From: a virus
Lineage: Duplodnaviria; Heunggongvirae; Uroviricota; Caudoviricetes
Direction: 5' to 3' (one strand)
Virus record (IMG/VR): IMGVR_UViG_2671180568_000005
Length of the DNA: 39,356 nucleotides
Made by a program: the position numbers and the translations under genes
Shown here: positions 14,584 to 24,288 of the stretch, in pieces
How positions within the stretch are numbered: position 1 is the first letter of the stretch
How the letters are laid out: each line of letters starts with the position of its first letter
Notes under the pieces: generated by a model
Databases searched by the model: none
Seen by the model: only the letters and a program-made list of their open reading frames with translations
What the model was told of the DNA's origin: nothing

Positions 14584-16334
14584 CAGAACTCCATAACCGT
14601 GAAACGCTCGTTTTCTCCTTCGCCGCCAATTGGTTCGTTAATGACAGCAAGCATGGTTGCCCACGCAAGGTCGCCGTGGCTGATCCCCCTCGCGCGGTCC
14701 GTTTCGTAAGTGATAAAGCCGCCCGGTGTTTTCACCTTACGCACGGCGTTAAAGGCTGCGACCAGCTCGCGTTCGGCGCGATCGTATTCCCACCGCCCGG
14801 CACGCATTATTTGCAGCATTTTCAGTACCAGCGACCGTTTTGATGACAGCGTGAAGGTGTACGGAATAGCAGCAGGGAAAAACCGTTTCACTATCTGATA
14901 AACAGCCTCCCCGTTCCCGCCTGTCACATCAATGCCGATGTGTTCCACGTTGTAGCGACACGTGAACTCTTCAATGACTCTGGCCTGTTCTTCAAACTCC
15001 AGCCCCTGAACGCGTCGCGTCTCCACCGTTCGAAAACGGCCTCCAGGAACAGCCGGAGGAACCACCACGGACACAGCGCCGCTGTCGCCGTTTCCACTGC
15101 TGCCGTTTGCGTCATACCCAATCCATACCGGACGATTCCCCATCGGGCGGGGAGCAAAAGGTTTCCAGTCTTTCCAGTCGTCGTATCCGTCAACACCACA
15201 GCCAATCAGGATATTCAGGTTAAATGCCGATTCCCCTTCGCGGACAAACTCACACATATAGAGATTGAGGAACTCGTCTTCGGTGTTTTCATCACGAATT
15301 TCATCAATATCGGTGTGTTTCCAGCCGTGATTAACCACATCTTCCAGCGTGACAATTTGCCGCCACGTCCGGTCAGGGCAGATAAGCCCGTTATGCAGCG
15401 TTTTCCAGTCCACAGAAAAACGCTGGCGTTTATGCGTGGCCTTTTTCTCGTTCCAGCGGTCGCCGTTCCAGTAGGCGTATGCCTCGTGCGTTTCGGTGGA
15501 TGGCGTGGAGAAGTAGGTGCGCCGCAGTCCGCTGAGGGTTGCCATAGCGCCAGCCACCTTGCGCAGTTCAGCAAAGCGACTGACCCAGAAAAATTCATCA
15601 AAATAAAAATTGCCCGTATAGGACTGTGCCGACGCAGCAGAAGTGCCGAGAAAATGCAGCTCTGCGCCGTTGGAGAGGATGATTTTATCGCCCCCTTTCA
15701 GCTCCACATCAACTTCAGCCGCAGCCTTCTGAATAATGCTTTTAAACTGGAACGCCTGACGACGCGACGCAGACAAAAAAATCTGGTTACGCTGGTAAGG
15801 TTGCGCCACATCGTCACGCAGCGCCATCAGCAGTGCTTCCTGTGCAAAATACCAGGTCGCCCCAATCTGTCGGGATTTCAGGATCATCCTGTTACGTATC
15901 CCGGCTTCCCTGCAAAGGGTCAGGGAGTCAAACCAGCCCCGCTGATGCCACTCCAGCCTGCTGATGATTTTTTCCCGCAGTGCGGCAATCTGTTCCGGCG
16001 TGAAATGATTTTTGAGTTTTTTCGCCCGGCCTTTCTTTCCTGTGGCCGTCGCATCCGGCTGGCCATCATGCAGTTTTTTAAGCTGCCGGGTCAGCAGGTC
16101 TATTTCCTTAAAGTCACCGCCTGTTTTATTCTGTTTTTCAGTAAGCTGGATGAGGCGCGCATCGATGGACTGCGTGACACGCTGCACGGGTGGCGTTTCA
16201 TCCCACTGGTCGCGTTTTTTCCACGCATAAATCGTGTTCGGGTTTATTCCCATCAGACGTGATATTTCTGCGGGCGGATAACCCTGCCAGTAAAGTTGCC
16301 GCGCACGCTGGCGCACAAAAGCGTCCTGAATCAT
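14583..16334 (-). CDS. P: Terminase large (ATPase) subunit (P2 gpP-like)
   Basis: 583-aa ORF beginning MIQDAFVRQRARQLYWQGYPPAEISRLMG; position upstream of the portal gene. Confidence 0.85.
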   Translation of the reverse strand: MIQDAFVRQRARQLYWQGYPPAEISRLMGINPNTIYAWKKRDQWDETPPVQRVTQSIDARLIQLTEKQNKTGGDFKEIDLLTRQLKKLHDGQPDATATGKKGRAKKLKNHFTPEQIAALREKIISRLEWHQRGWFDSLTLCREAGIRNRMILKSRQIGATWYFAQEALLMALRDDVAQPYQRNQIFLSASRRQAFQFKSIIQKAAAEVDVELKGGDKIILSNGAELHFLGTSAASAQSYTGNFYFDEFFWVSRFAELRKVAGAMATLSGLRRTYFSTPSTETHEAYAYWNGDRWNEKKATHKRQRFSVDWKTLHNGLICPDRTWRQIVTLEDVVNHGWKHTDIDEIRDENTEDEFLNLYMCEFVREGESAFNLNILIGCGVDGYDDWKDWKPFAPRPMGNRPVWIGYDANGSSGNGDSGAVSVVVPPAVPGGRFRTVETRRVQGLEFEEQARVIEEFTCRYNVEHIGIDVTGGNGEAVYQIVKRFFPAAIPYTFTLSSKRSLVLKMLQIMRAGRWEYDRAERELVAAFNAVRKVKTPGGFITYETDRARGISHGDLAWATMLAVINEPIGGEGENERFTVMEF

Positions 16335-16488
16335 TGCTCCCCCTGAGTAATTACAGGAAGATTACCCGCGCGCGAAACCGTTCTCCTTACCCCCCTGTTC
16401 TGGCCGTTTTCTTACAACAAAAGCCCTTTGTATCAGCCTGTTACGCTTTGCCATCATGACTGAAGAACCAGTCAGAGGGGCAAAAACT
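16335..16488. promoter_or_regulatory. Divergent late-promoter region between P and O
   Basis: Position only; a clean Ogr-type TGT-N12-ACA element was not found by eye. Confidence 0.35.
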
Positions 16489-17325
16489 ATGGCTAATGAA
16501 AAAAAGACATCCCGCAAAAAGTTTCGCGTGGCTGTCTCCGGATCAACTGTTGATGGCCGCGAAATCAGCCCGGTACATCTGCGTGAAGCCGCCGAGAACT
16601 TCAACCCGGATGTTTACGCTGCCCGCGTGAACGTTGAGCACTATCTCTCGCCATGCCCGTCAAGCGAATTTTCCGCAATGGGCGATGTCACCGCGCTGAG
16701 TACGGAAGATATTACGGAAGGCCCGCTGGCCGGACGTACTGCGCTGTATGCAGAAATCGAACCGACCGAGCGCATGAAGCAGCTTGTCGCTGACGGCAAG
16801 AAAATCTATTCCAGTATCGAACTGCACCCGCAGTTCTCCGTTAACGGGCGCGCCTATCTGGTCGGGCTGGCGATGACCGACACCCCGGCAAGCCTGGGCA
16901 CTGAGCGCCTGAAATTCACGGCACAGCAACGTCAGGCGGTGATGACGTTCAACAGTATCCAGGGTGAAGCGCCGCTTATCTCCGAAGCCATTGAGTCTGA
17001 AATCATCGAAATGGCAGAACAACGCCAGGAAGAAGGCACCCAGTGGTTTAACCGCGTAATGGGGATTATTGGCCGTGGCCGCAAAGCGGATGACGCCAGT
17101 TTTTCCCGTATTCAGGAAGCGGTGGAAGGCGTCGCAACGTCACAGGCCGACATTATCGACCGTTTTAATGTGCTGGAAGCCCGCCATAAGCAGGACCATC
17201 AGAAAATCACGTCACTGACCACAGAGCTGACAGCATTGAAGGAAAAACTGCGCACGCAGGACGGCGATCCGCAGAACCGCTTCACCGCAACGGGCGCAGC
17301 CTCCGACCAGCTGGCTGACTTCTGA
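16489..17325 (+). CDS. O: Capsid scaffolding protein (P2 gpO-like)
   Basis: Start at MANEKKTSRKKFRVAVSGSTVDGREISPVHLRE, parallel to the gpO N-terminus; GAGGGG ribosome-binding site. Confidence 0.85.
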   Translation: MANEKKTSRKKFRVAVSGSTVDGREISPVHLREAAENFNPDVYAARVNVEHYLSPCPSSEFSAMGDVTALSTEDITEGPLAGRTALYAEIEPTERMKQLVADGKKIYSSIELHPQFSVNGRAYLVGLAMTDTPASLGTERLKFTAQQRQAVMTFNSIQGEAPLISEAIESEIIEMAEQRQEEGTQWFNRVMGIIGRGRKADDASFSRIQEAVEGVATSQADIIDRFNVLEARHKQDHQKITSLTTELTALKEKLRTQDGDPQNRFTATGAASDQLADF

Positions 17326-17348
17326 TAAGACAAAGGAGCAAATTTTTT

Positions 17349-18401
17349 ATGAATCTGGTGATGTCAGATATTACCCGCAACAAGCTGGGTTGCTATATGG
17401 CGCAGCAGGCGTCGCTTAACAATATCCCGGTATCTGCACTGGTATCGCGATTTACCGTGGAACCCGCGGTGCAGCAGCGTTTTGAAAACGCCTCAAAGGA
17501 AAGTACCGAATTTACGAAAAGAATTAACGTGATCGGCGTGACCGACCAGAAAGGCGAAAAAATCCTCCTGGACACCACCGGGCCAATTGCGCGCACGAAT
17601 AGCAGTTATGACGGCATCAAACGCCGTAACCCGAATAACGTGATCGATATGAAGTCTCGTCAGTACCAGTGCGAACAGGTGAACTACGATACCTTTATTT
17701 CGTACCCACAGCTTGATACCTGGGCGGCCCACAGCGATTTTCAGTCCCGTATCAGTACACAGATCGCCCGGCAGGTAGCGCTTGATCGCATCATGATTGG
17801 CTTTAACGGCACATCCCACGCCTACGAGTCTGATTTTCACACCAACAAGCTGCTTCAGGACGTTAACGTGGGCTGGCTGGAGCACATCAGAACCGATGCC
17901 AGCGAGCGCGTAATGAATGACGTGACGCTGACCTCCCGCAACATGGACAACACTGTGGCGCACGCGGGTAAGTATGCGAATGCCGATGCTCTGGTACAGG
18001 ATGCGCGCTCATCCCTGCTGGATGAATGGCACAAGGAAGCTGACGACCTCGCGGTGATTATGGGGCGCAACCTGTTTAACTCGCTGCGTCTGCCCGTGCT
18101 GAACAGCATCAGCGGCCAGAATCCCAATGCGGAATTACTTGCCGGGCAGCTCATCCTGTCATCGCGCACCATTGGCGGGCTGGGCGTGTTCCTTGCGCCG
18201 TTCTTCCCGGATGCAACGATGCTTATCACCTCGTTCAACAACCTGTCGATTTACTGGCAGAAAGGTTCAATGCGTCGCCTGATGAAAGACGAGCCGGAAT
18301 ACAACCGCATCGCCACCTACCAGTCCATCAATGACGCTTATGTCGTTGAAGACTATGGCAAGTGCGCAATGATCACTGGCCTGAAGTTCGCCGACAGCTA
18401 A
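17349..18401 (+). CDS. N: Major capsid protein (P2 gpN-like)
   Basis: 350 aa; conserved blocks such as FTVEP, GEKI, MIGFNG, VGWL, FFPDATMLIT, NLSIYW, YVVEDY. Confidence 0.85.
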   Translation: MNLVMSDITRNKLGCYMAQQASLNNIPVSALVSRFTVEPAVQQRFENASKESTEFTKRINVIGVTDQKGEKILLDTTGPIARTNSSYDGIKRRNPNNVIDMKSRQYQCEQVNYDTFISYPQLDTWAAHSDFQSRISTQIARQVALDRIMIGFNGTSHAYESDFHTNKLLQDVNVGWLEHIRTDASERVMNDVTLTSRNMDNTVAHAGKYANADALVQDARSSLLDEWHKEADDLAVIMGRNLFNSLRLPVLNSISGQNPNAELLAGQLILSSRTIGGLGVFLAPFFPDATMLITSFNNLSIYWQKGSMRRLMKDEPEYNRIATYQSINDAYVVEDYGKCAMITGLKFADS

Positions 18402-18446
18402 TCAACTCACGGCGGGCATCATGCCCGCCTGTAACGGAGAGAAAAA

Positions 18447-19247
18447 ATGATTACTCCTGCACAACAACACTGGCAGAACGTGATGGCACAGCGCGCAGGC
18501 CGGGCGAATGAAGGTGTGGACCACGCCGCGCGTACCGCGCATGAAGAGGTGCTGTATCGTCTGCGTCTGGCACAGGCCAGGCTAAAGGGCGTACAGGCCA
18601 GAAGCGCGAAAGCCGCCATCAAAAAAGAGTTGTTGCCGGACTTTTCCGGCTGGATTGAGGGAACGCTGGAGACTGACGGCGGGCAACAGGACGAAGTAAT
18701 TGCCACGCTGATGGTGTGGGCGATTGACTGCGGCGATCTTCCGCTGGCGCTGCGTATTGGTGCATATGTGGTCCGTCACAACCTCATCATGCCGGATAAC
18801 TTTGGCCGTACTGCTGCCACGGTACTGACCGAAGAAATCTGTAATCCGGTACTGACGCAGGCCGGGACGGATGCCGACGCGGATTTGTCCGCCTTTATCG
18901 AACCACTGGACACACTTTGGGAGATTGTCACCGACCAGGACATGCCGGACGAAGTGCGCGCCAAATTATGCAAGGCGTGCGCCTTTGCCCGCCGTGGCCT
19001 GACCGATGCGGACAGCATGGCCTCATCACTGAAGCTGCTACGCGAAGCAATGCACCTGAACCCGAACGCAGGTGTGAAACGCGAGATTGCAACCCTTTCC
19101 CGCGCCCTGAAAAAAGCCGATTCCACAGCCGCACCAGAAGATGCCAGCACACCGCAGGCGCAGGACGAAAGCAGCAAAAGTAAAAAGACAACGCGGAAGC
19201 CTGCAACACGAAAAACCACCGCGACGCAGAAGGCAAAGCGCGGTTAA
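18447..19247 (+). CDS. M: Terminase small/endonuclease subunit (P2 gpM-like)
   Basis: DMPDEVRAKL and KKELLP blocks shared with gpM; basic C-terminal tail. Confidence 0.8.
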   Translation: MITPAQQHWQNVMAQRAGRANEGVDHAARTAHEEVLYRLRLAQARLKGVQARSAKAAIKKELLPDFSGWIEGTLETDGGQQDEVIATLMVWAIDCGDLPLALRIGAYVVRHNLIMPDNFGRTAATVLTEEICNPVLTQAGTDADADLSAFIEPLDTLWEIVTDQDMPDEVRAKLCKACAFARRGLTDADSMASSLKLLREAMHLNPNAGVKREIATLSRALKKADSTAAPEDASTPQAQDESSKSKKTTRKPATRKTTATQKAKRG

Positions 19248-19348
19248 CGACTGACCCCGTCAGCGGGCGGCGTGCGCGGTGTTCCGGTTTGACTCCGTGA
19301 CCGTTTACACCGCGCACCCACCGCCCGATTTTTTCAGGAGTGAACCCC

Positions 19349-19843
19349 ATGAGTATGGTTGCCAGAACCAACCCCGGACCCGCAGAGGACGACATCACCG
19401 ATACCGATGATGGTGATACCCGTATTTCAGCGGGTGCATTCTGGCCGGATATTGTGCTGCGTGAGCTGCGTCTGGCGGTACGACTGCCGGGCCGTGTGAC
19501 CACCTCCCGCCTGCTGCATACCGCCACCGGGGCCGTGGCACACGTTACCCGCGAGCTGGAAGCGTGGCAGCAGGAACAGCAGGCGGCTGGCCATCAGACG
19601 CTGGCCGATGTTCCGGCACCCGTAATTAACGGAGAAAGCGTCAATCTCTGGCACTGGCGCAATGCTGTTTATACCGCCACGCGCGCCCTGATTCTGGAGC
19701 GTTATCGTGATGCAGACACAACGGACAAGGGCGACCGCCGGGCGGACGCTCTGGATATACAGACATCGGATTTGTGGCGTGATGTGAGCTGGGCCATCTC
19801 TGACATTCTGTGCCGCCCGCGAATCTTTGCGGAGTTGTGCTGA
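19349..19843 (+). CDS. L: Head completion protein (P2 gpL-like)
   Basis: Position after M; start at the ATG with CAGGAG 8 nt upstream (the ORF track's 19340 is a GTG). Confidence 0.7.
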   Translation: MSMVARTNPGPAEDDITDTDDGDTRISAGAFWPDIVLRELRLAVRLPGRVTTSRLLHTATGAVAHVTRELEAWQQEQQAAGHQTLADVPAPVINGESVNLWHWRNAVYTATRALILERYRDADTTDKGDRRADALDIQTSDLWRDVSWAISDILCRPRIFAELC

Positions 19844-20043
19844 TGAAAGTGAAGGCACTGGAAGGCGACACCGTGGATTCGCTCTGTTTCCGGTACTACG
19901 GCACGACGCAGGGCGTCACCGAAAAGGTGCTGGATGCTAACCCCGGACTCTGTCAGCAGGTATTTCTGGACGCCGGGCAGGAAGTGGAGATGCCGGAGCC
20001 GGAGAAGAAGAAACGAGAAATGATTCAGTTGTGGGGGGAGTAG
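19843..20043 (+). CDS. X: Tail protein X (LysM-like, P2 gpX-like)
   Basis: 66-aa product MKVKALEGDTVDSLCFRYYG; start overlaps the L stop. Confidence 0.8.
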   Translation: MKVKALEGDTVDSLCFRYYGTTQGVTEKVLDANPGLCQQVFLDAGQEVEMPEPEKKKREMIQLWGE

Positions 20044-20045
20044 CA

Positions 20046-20369
20046 GTGAGCACCATTCAAACAGGGATCACAGAGCAGGTTATTGCGTGGCTCTTTGACC
20101 ACCTGCCAACGGTGTATGCAGTAGGCGCGGCGGTCAGCATTTCCGCGCTGATGAGTCTTTATGACGGACGAACACTGGTTCAGACCGTAACGGGATCGCT
20201 GGCGTGCGGCGTTCTTGCCATGGCCGTGGCCGGGTCGCTGCGCTTCTTCGGGATCCCTGAGGATGCAGTGACGTTTTTTGGTGCCTCAATCGGTTTTATG
20301 GGCGCAGAGAAAGCACGCGACAAGGTTATTGCAATATTTGATCGCAGGGTGAAGGAGAGGAACGAATGA
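20046..20369 (+). CDS. Putative holin
   Basis: Membrane protein with two hydrophobic segments, immediately upstream of the endolysin; GTG start with GGGGGAG upstream (alternative GTG at 20031). Confidence 0.6.
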   Translation: MSTIQTGITEQVIAWLFDHLPTVYAVGAAVSISALMSLYDGRTLVQTVTGSLACGVLAMAVAGSLRFFGIPEDAVTFFGASIGFMGAEKARDKVIAIFDRRVKERNE

Positions 20370-20758
20370 GCAACACATTTAAATTCAGCAGCCGGAGCGA
20401 AAAGAATTTGCAGGGTGTAAATCCTGATCTGGTGAAAGTGACCCGACGGGCGCTGGAAATCTCGGAAGTGGATTTTGGTATCACCGAAGGATTGCGCAGT
20501 CGTTATCGTCAGAAGCAGCTCGTGACCACAGGCAAGAGCCAGACCATGAACAGTCGCCATCTCACAGGGCATGCCGTGGATGTTGTGGCTTATGTCGGCA
20601 ACCAGGTGTCATGGGAATGGCCGCTGTACGAAAAAATCGCAGCAGCATTCAGACAGGCCAGCCAGGAACTGAATATTCCGGTGGAATGGGGCGGCGACTG
20701 GAAGACCCTGAAAGACGGACCGCATTTTCAGTTACCACACGGAGCCTATCCGGCATGA
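20366..20758 (+). CDS. Endolysin, peptidase M15 family (L-alanyl-D-glutamate endopeptidase type)
   Basis: Motif SRHLTGHAVDV (metal-binding His/Asp of M15 peptidases); position in the lysis cassette. Confidence 0.8.
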   Translation: MSNTFKFSSRSEKNLQGVNPDLVKVTRRALEISEVDFGITEGLRSRYRQKQLVTTGKSQTMNSRHLTGHAVDVVAYVGNQVSWEWPLYEKIAAAFRQASQELNIPVEWGGDWKTLKDGPHFQLPHGAYPA

Positions 20759-21150
20759 AGCTCTGGCCCACGCTTGGCGTCGCTTTCCTTCTGATTACAT
20801 CCATGCGTCTGTCGTGGTCGCTGGGCCGGGAGAACGCCAGAAACGAAGCGCAGGCCAGCACCCTGAAAAGTACCGTCGACACACTGAATATCATCAGCGC
20901 CGGGGTACAGGATATGCAGCAGGTGCTGGCTCAGCTCCGCGCGGAAAATCAGCAACGCAATCAGGACGGAGAGGTAAGACGTGAACAGCTACGCAACGAT
21001 ATTGCAAAAGATGAATGCGCCCACGCTTTGCCTGACGCTCGTTTTACTGACAGGTTGCGCAGGCACGCAGAACGAGCCAGGGCCAGCGCCGTCAGTCCGG
21101 CTTATACCGCAGACGCTGACCATGCCGGTAACGCCTCCCCCCTTCCCTGA
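20755..21150 (+). CDS. Rz-like inner-membrane spanin
   Basis: N-terminal transmembrane segment LWPTLGVAFLLI followed by coiled-coil-like sequence. Confidence 0.7.
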   Translation: MKLWPTLGVAFLLITSMRLSWSLGRENARNEAQASTLKSTVDTLNIISAGVQDMQQVLAQLRAENQQRNQDGEVRREQLRNDIAKDECAHALPDARFTDRLRRHAERARASAVSPAYTADADHAGNASPLP

Positions 21151-21292
21151 CCCACCCACATGGGGAAACCTCGGAATATGGGGCGACCGCCTTCTGGATG
21201 CACTGGAAACCTGTAACGCGGATAAACGGGCCATTGCTGAACTGGATAAGAGAATAGCCGAACCGACACACCAGACGGGAGTAACACAATGA
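21011..21292 (+). CDS. Rz1-like outer-membrane lipoprotein spanin, overlapping the Rz gene out of frame
   Basis: Signal peptide with lipobox LLTGC and a proline-rich mature region; starts inside the Rz reading frame. Confidence 0.65.
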   Translation: MNAPTLCLTLVLLTGCAGTQNEPGPAPSVRLIPQTLTMPVTPPPFPDPPTWGNLGIWGDRLLDALETCNADKRAIAELDKRIAEPTHQTGVTQ

Positions 21293-23169
21293 CCAGTAAG
21301 AACTTTGCACTGATTACAGCCATGACACAGGCTGAACTGACTCAAAAGGTGAATGAACATCTTGCGAAAGGGTGGCATCTTCAGGGGGAGACGCGGGTTG
21401 CCTACGAACCCGGCACCCCGTGGTATCTAATGCAGGCAATGGTGGCCGATGGCACTACAGACATCTCACCTGATTCCCCCCAGCACGGCAGCGTGCCGGA
21501 GTGGTATTACGTGGTGGTACTTGCTGGTCAATCCAATGCCATGTCATATGGTGATGGAATGCCGCTGCCGGATTCTTACGATGCGCCCCACCCACGCATT
21601 AAGCAACTGGCCCGTCGCAACACAGTGACTCCCGGTGGTAAAGCATGCGCATTTAACGACATCATTCCGGCAGACCACTGCCTGCATGATGTTCAGGATA
21701 TGAGCGCACTGAATCATCCGAAGGCAGACCTGAGCAAAGGGCAGTACGGCTGTGTCGGCCAGGGCTTACATATTGCCAAAAAACTGCTCCCGTATATCCC
21801 GAATAACGCGGGGATCCTGCTGGTACCATGCTGCCGTGGTGGTTCGGCATTCACTCAGGGCGCGGAGGGAACATTCAGTACGACCACGGGGGCCAGCCAG
21901 GATTCGGCGCGCTGGGGTGTGGGTAAACCGTTATATCAGGACCTGATTGCGCGCACTAAAGCTGCATTACAGAAGAACCCGAAAAATGTGTTGCTGGCGG
22001 TGTGCTGGATGCAGGGCGAATTTGACATGAGCGCTGCCACCTACGCACAGCAACCGGACCTGTTCACGGCCATGCTGAAGCAGTTCCGTACTGACCTTTC
22101 CGGATTTAACGCGCAGTGCCATGGCGGCAGTGCTGCAGTTGTACCGTGGATTTGTGGCGACACGACGTATTACTGGAAAAACACATACGGCACACAGTAT
22201 GACTCCGTCTACGGCGCGTACAAAAACAGGGAGAGCGACAACGTTTTCTTTGTGCCGTTCATGACCGACGGTAACGGCAACAACACACCCACCAACTTAC
22301 CGGCAGAAGACCCGGATATTGCTGATGCAGGTTATTACGGCGCGCAATCCCGTAGTAATGGTAATTGGGTATCGTCAAATCGTCCGACACATTTCAGTTC
22401 ATGGGCGCGCAGGGGCATTATTTCGGATCGCCTGGCAACCGCTATTCTGAACGCAGTTGGTCGAACCAGCGCCTTCATCAGCGGTACCGCACCGGAGATT
22501 AAACCCTCNNNNNNNNNNNNNNNNNNNNNNNNNNNNNNNNNNNNNNNNNNNNNNNNNNNNNNNNNNNNNNNNNNNNNNNNNNNNNNNNNNNNNNNNNNNN
22601 NNNNNNNNNNNNNNNNNNNNNNNNNNNNNNNNNNNNNNNNNNNNNNNNNNNNNNNNNNNNNNNNNNNNNNNNNNNNNNNNNNNNNNNNNNNNNNNNNNNN
22701 NNNNNNNNNNNNNNNNNNNNNNNNNNNNNNNNNNNNNNNNNNNNNNNNNNNNNNNNNNNNNNNNNNNNNNNNNNNNNNNNNNNNNNNNNNNNNNNNNNNN
22801 NNNNNNNNNNNNNNNNNNNNNNNNNNNNNNNNNNNNNNNNNNNNNNNNNNNNNNNNNNNNNNNNNNNNNNNNNNNNNNNNNNNNNNNNNNNNNNNNNNNN
22901 NNNNNNNNNNNNNNNNNNNNNNNNNNNNNNNNNNNNNNNNNNNNNNNNNNNNNNNNNNNNNNNNNNNNNNNNNNNNNNNNNNNNNNNNNNNNNNNNNNNN
23001 CACGGTTACTCCGAAACTGAATGGAGTGGCTGGCCCGGCATTCCAGGTCATAAAAGACAGTCTGACACTGGGGCTGAATGCGCTGACGTTAACTGATATC
23101 ACTAAAAATGCCGCGTACGGCGTCGATATCGGCAGCCTGGTGCTGGAAATCAATAATCCCGCAGTATAA
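21289..23169 (+). CDS. NanS-p-like sialate O-acetylesterase (DUF1737-like N-domain plus SASA/SGNH domain); interior replaced by a 492-N gap
   Basis: N-terminus ITAMTQAELTQKVNEHLAKGWHLQGE and esterase block VVVLAGQSNAMSYGDG (GQSN motif); residues encoded by 22509-23000 are unknown. Confidence 0.65.
   Translation: MTSKNFALITAMTQAELTQKVNEHLAKGWHLQGETRVAYEPGTPWYLMQAMVADGTTDISPDSPQHGSVPEWYYVVVLAGQSNAMSYGDGMPLPDSYDAPHPRIKQLARRNTVTPGGKACAFNDIIPADHCLHDVQDMSALNHPKADLSKGQYGCVGQGLHIAKKLLPYIPNNAGILLVPCCRGGSAFTQGAEGTFSTTTGASQDSARWGVGKPLYQDLIARTKAALQKNPKNVLLAVCWMQGEFDMSAATYAQQPDLFTAMLKQFRTDLSGFNAQCHGGSAAVVPWICGDTTYYWKNTYGTQYDSVYGAYKNRESDNVFFVPFMTDGNGNNTPTNLPAEDPDIADAGYYGAQSRSNGNWVSSNRPTHFSSWARRGIISDRLATAILNAVGRTSAFISGTAPEIKPXXXXXXXXXXXXXXXXXXXXXXXXXXXXXXXXXXXXXXXXXXXXXXXXXXXXXXXXXXXXXXXXXXXXXXXXXXXXXXXXXXXXXXXXXXXXXXXXXXXXXXXXXXXXXXXXXXXXXXXXXXXXXXXXXXXXXXXXXXXXXXXXXXXXXXXXXXXXXXXXXXXXXTVTPKLNGVAGPAFQVIKDSLTLGLNALTLTDITKNAAYGVDIGSLVLEINNPAV
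22509..23000. other. Gap (492 N) inside the esterase gene
   Basis: Run of n characters. Confidence 0.99.
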
Positions 23170-23192
23170 GGAAGAGCAGGAGAGCAAAACAG

Positions 23193-23660
23193 ATGCTTAA
23201 GACAAACAGTCTGCGAGAGTCCATGCTTCATGGATGTCGGTGGTGCCAGGCTAATCCCGAGAAATTCACCATTTTCGTGGAGAGCGGCAACATTGAAACG
23301 ACCGGAGAAACCCCATCGTTTGTTTACCGCTATCAGATGGTGATGTTTGTCATGGATTACGCCGGGGAGCTGGACGACCTCACGCTGCCGCTGCTGGCGT
23401 GGTTATCCGAAAATCAGCCACAGTTGTTGCTCAACCCTGAGCGTAATCAGGACATCAAATTCTCCGCCGTTATCAATGACGATGACAGCGCCGATCTCCT
23501 GTTTACGCTCCCCCTGCGGGAACGCGTTCGCATCACGCGCAGCAGTCAGGGCACACCGCAGGCAGAACACCTGTCGGAGCCAAAACCCCGCCTGCCATCT
23601 TCCGAAGGCGACTGGTCGCATGTATTCCAGGATGTGACGTGGGGTGAAAGCGATGGATAA
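23193..23660 (+). CDS. R: Tail completion protein (P2 gpR-like)
   Basis: MLKTNSLRESMLHG...LPLLAWLSENQPQ parallels gpR. Confidence 0.8.
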   Translation: MLKTNSLRESMLHGCRWCQANPEKFTIFVESGNIETTGETPSFVYRYQMVMFVMDYAGELDDLTLPLLAWLSENQPQLLLNPERNQDIKFSAVINDDDSADLLFTLPLRERVRITRSSQGTPQAEHLSEPKPRLPSSEGDWSHVFQDVTWGESDG

Positions 23661-24288
23661 GGCATTCACCAGCGTGGATGAAACCTTTGAGGCTATCCGC
23701 GACAGCCTGAATCAGCAGGCCATCAATAACATCGCCAGAAAGCTGGCACAGGATTTACGTCGCGCCCAGCAGGCGCGTATCCGGTCACAAAAAGCGCCGG
23801 ACGGGACCGAATGGACACCACGCAGACGCCGCGTAACCCGGATACAGGAGCGCATTCGCTTTATCTGGAATAACGAAGCACGCACGCTGAAAAACTGGCA
23901 TCACGACACGGGGAAATACGGGCGAACCATTACCGGGTGGGATGAGGATAAAAACAATATCCGCACGTTTTACCGGGATGACATCGACCGTTTTCTGGAA
24001 ATACGCACCCGGCGCATCAACCAGGACAGCACAAAGCGCGTCCCCATGTTCGTAAAACTGCGCACCGCCCGCTACCTGAAAGCCCGTGCAGATGCCTCCG
24101 GTGTGACGGTGGGTTACAGCGGCGTGGCCGCACGTATTGCACGCGTTCATCAGTTCGGTGAGCGCGATCAGGTTGCGCCGGGCATTTTCACCGATTACCC
24201 GGTACGTGAGCTGTTGGGTATCAGCCAGGCAGATGAGCGCCTGATTTATAACACGGTGCTGGGCCGGATTGCGGAGGCTGTACGGTGA
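23644..24288 (+). CDS. S: Tail completion / virion morphogenesis protein (gpS position)
   Basis: Position between R and V; PDGTEWTP block. Confidence 0.6.
   Translation: MKAMDKAFTSVDETFEAIRDSLNQQAINNIARKLAQDLRRAQQARIRSQKAPDGTEWTPRRRRVTRIQERIRFIWNNEARTLKNWHHDTGKYGRTITGWDEDKNNIRTFYRDDIDRFLEIRTRRINQDSTKRVPMFVKLRTARYLKARADASGVTVGYSGVAARIARVHQFGERDQVAPGIFTDYPVRELLGISQADERLIYNTVLGRIAEAVR

Noticed and set aside
14940-16262. 440-aa plus-strand ORF
   Set aside because: Antisense to the terminase large subunit gene; no start context.
22335-23231. Minus- and plus-strand ORFs (22335..23231 and 22457..23020) made mostly of X residues
   Set aside because: Artefacts of translating the 492-N gap.
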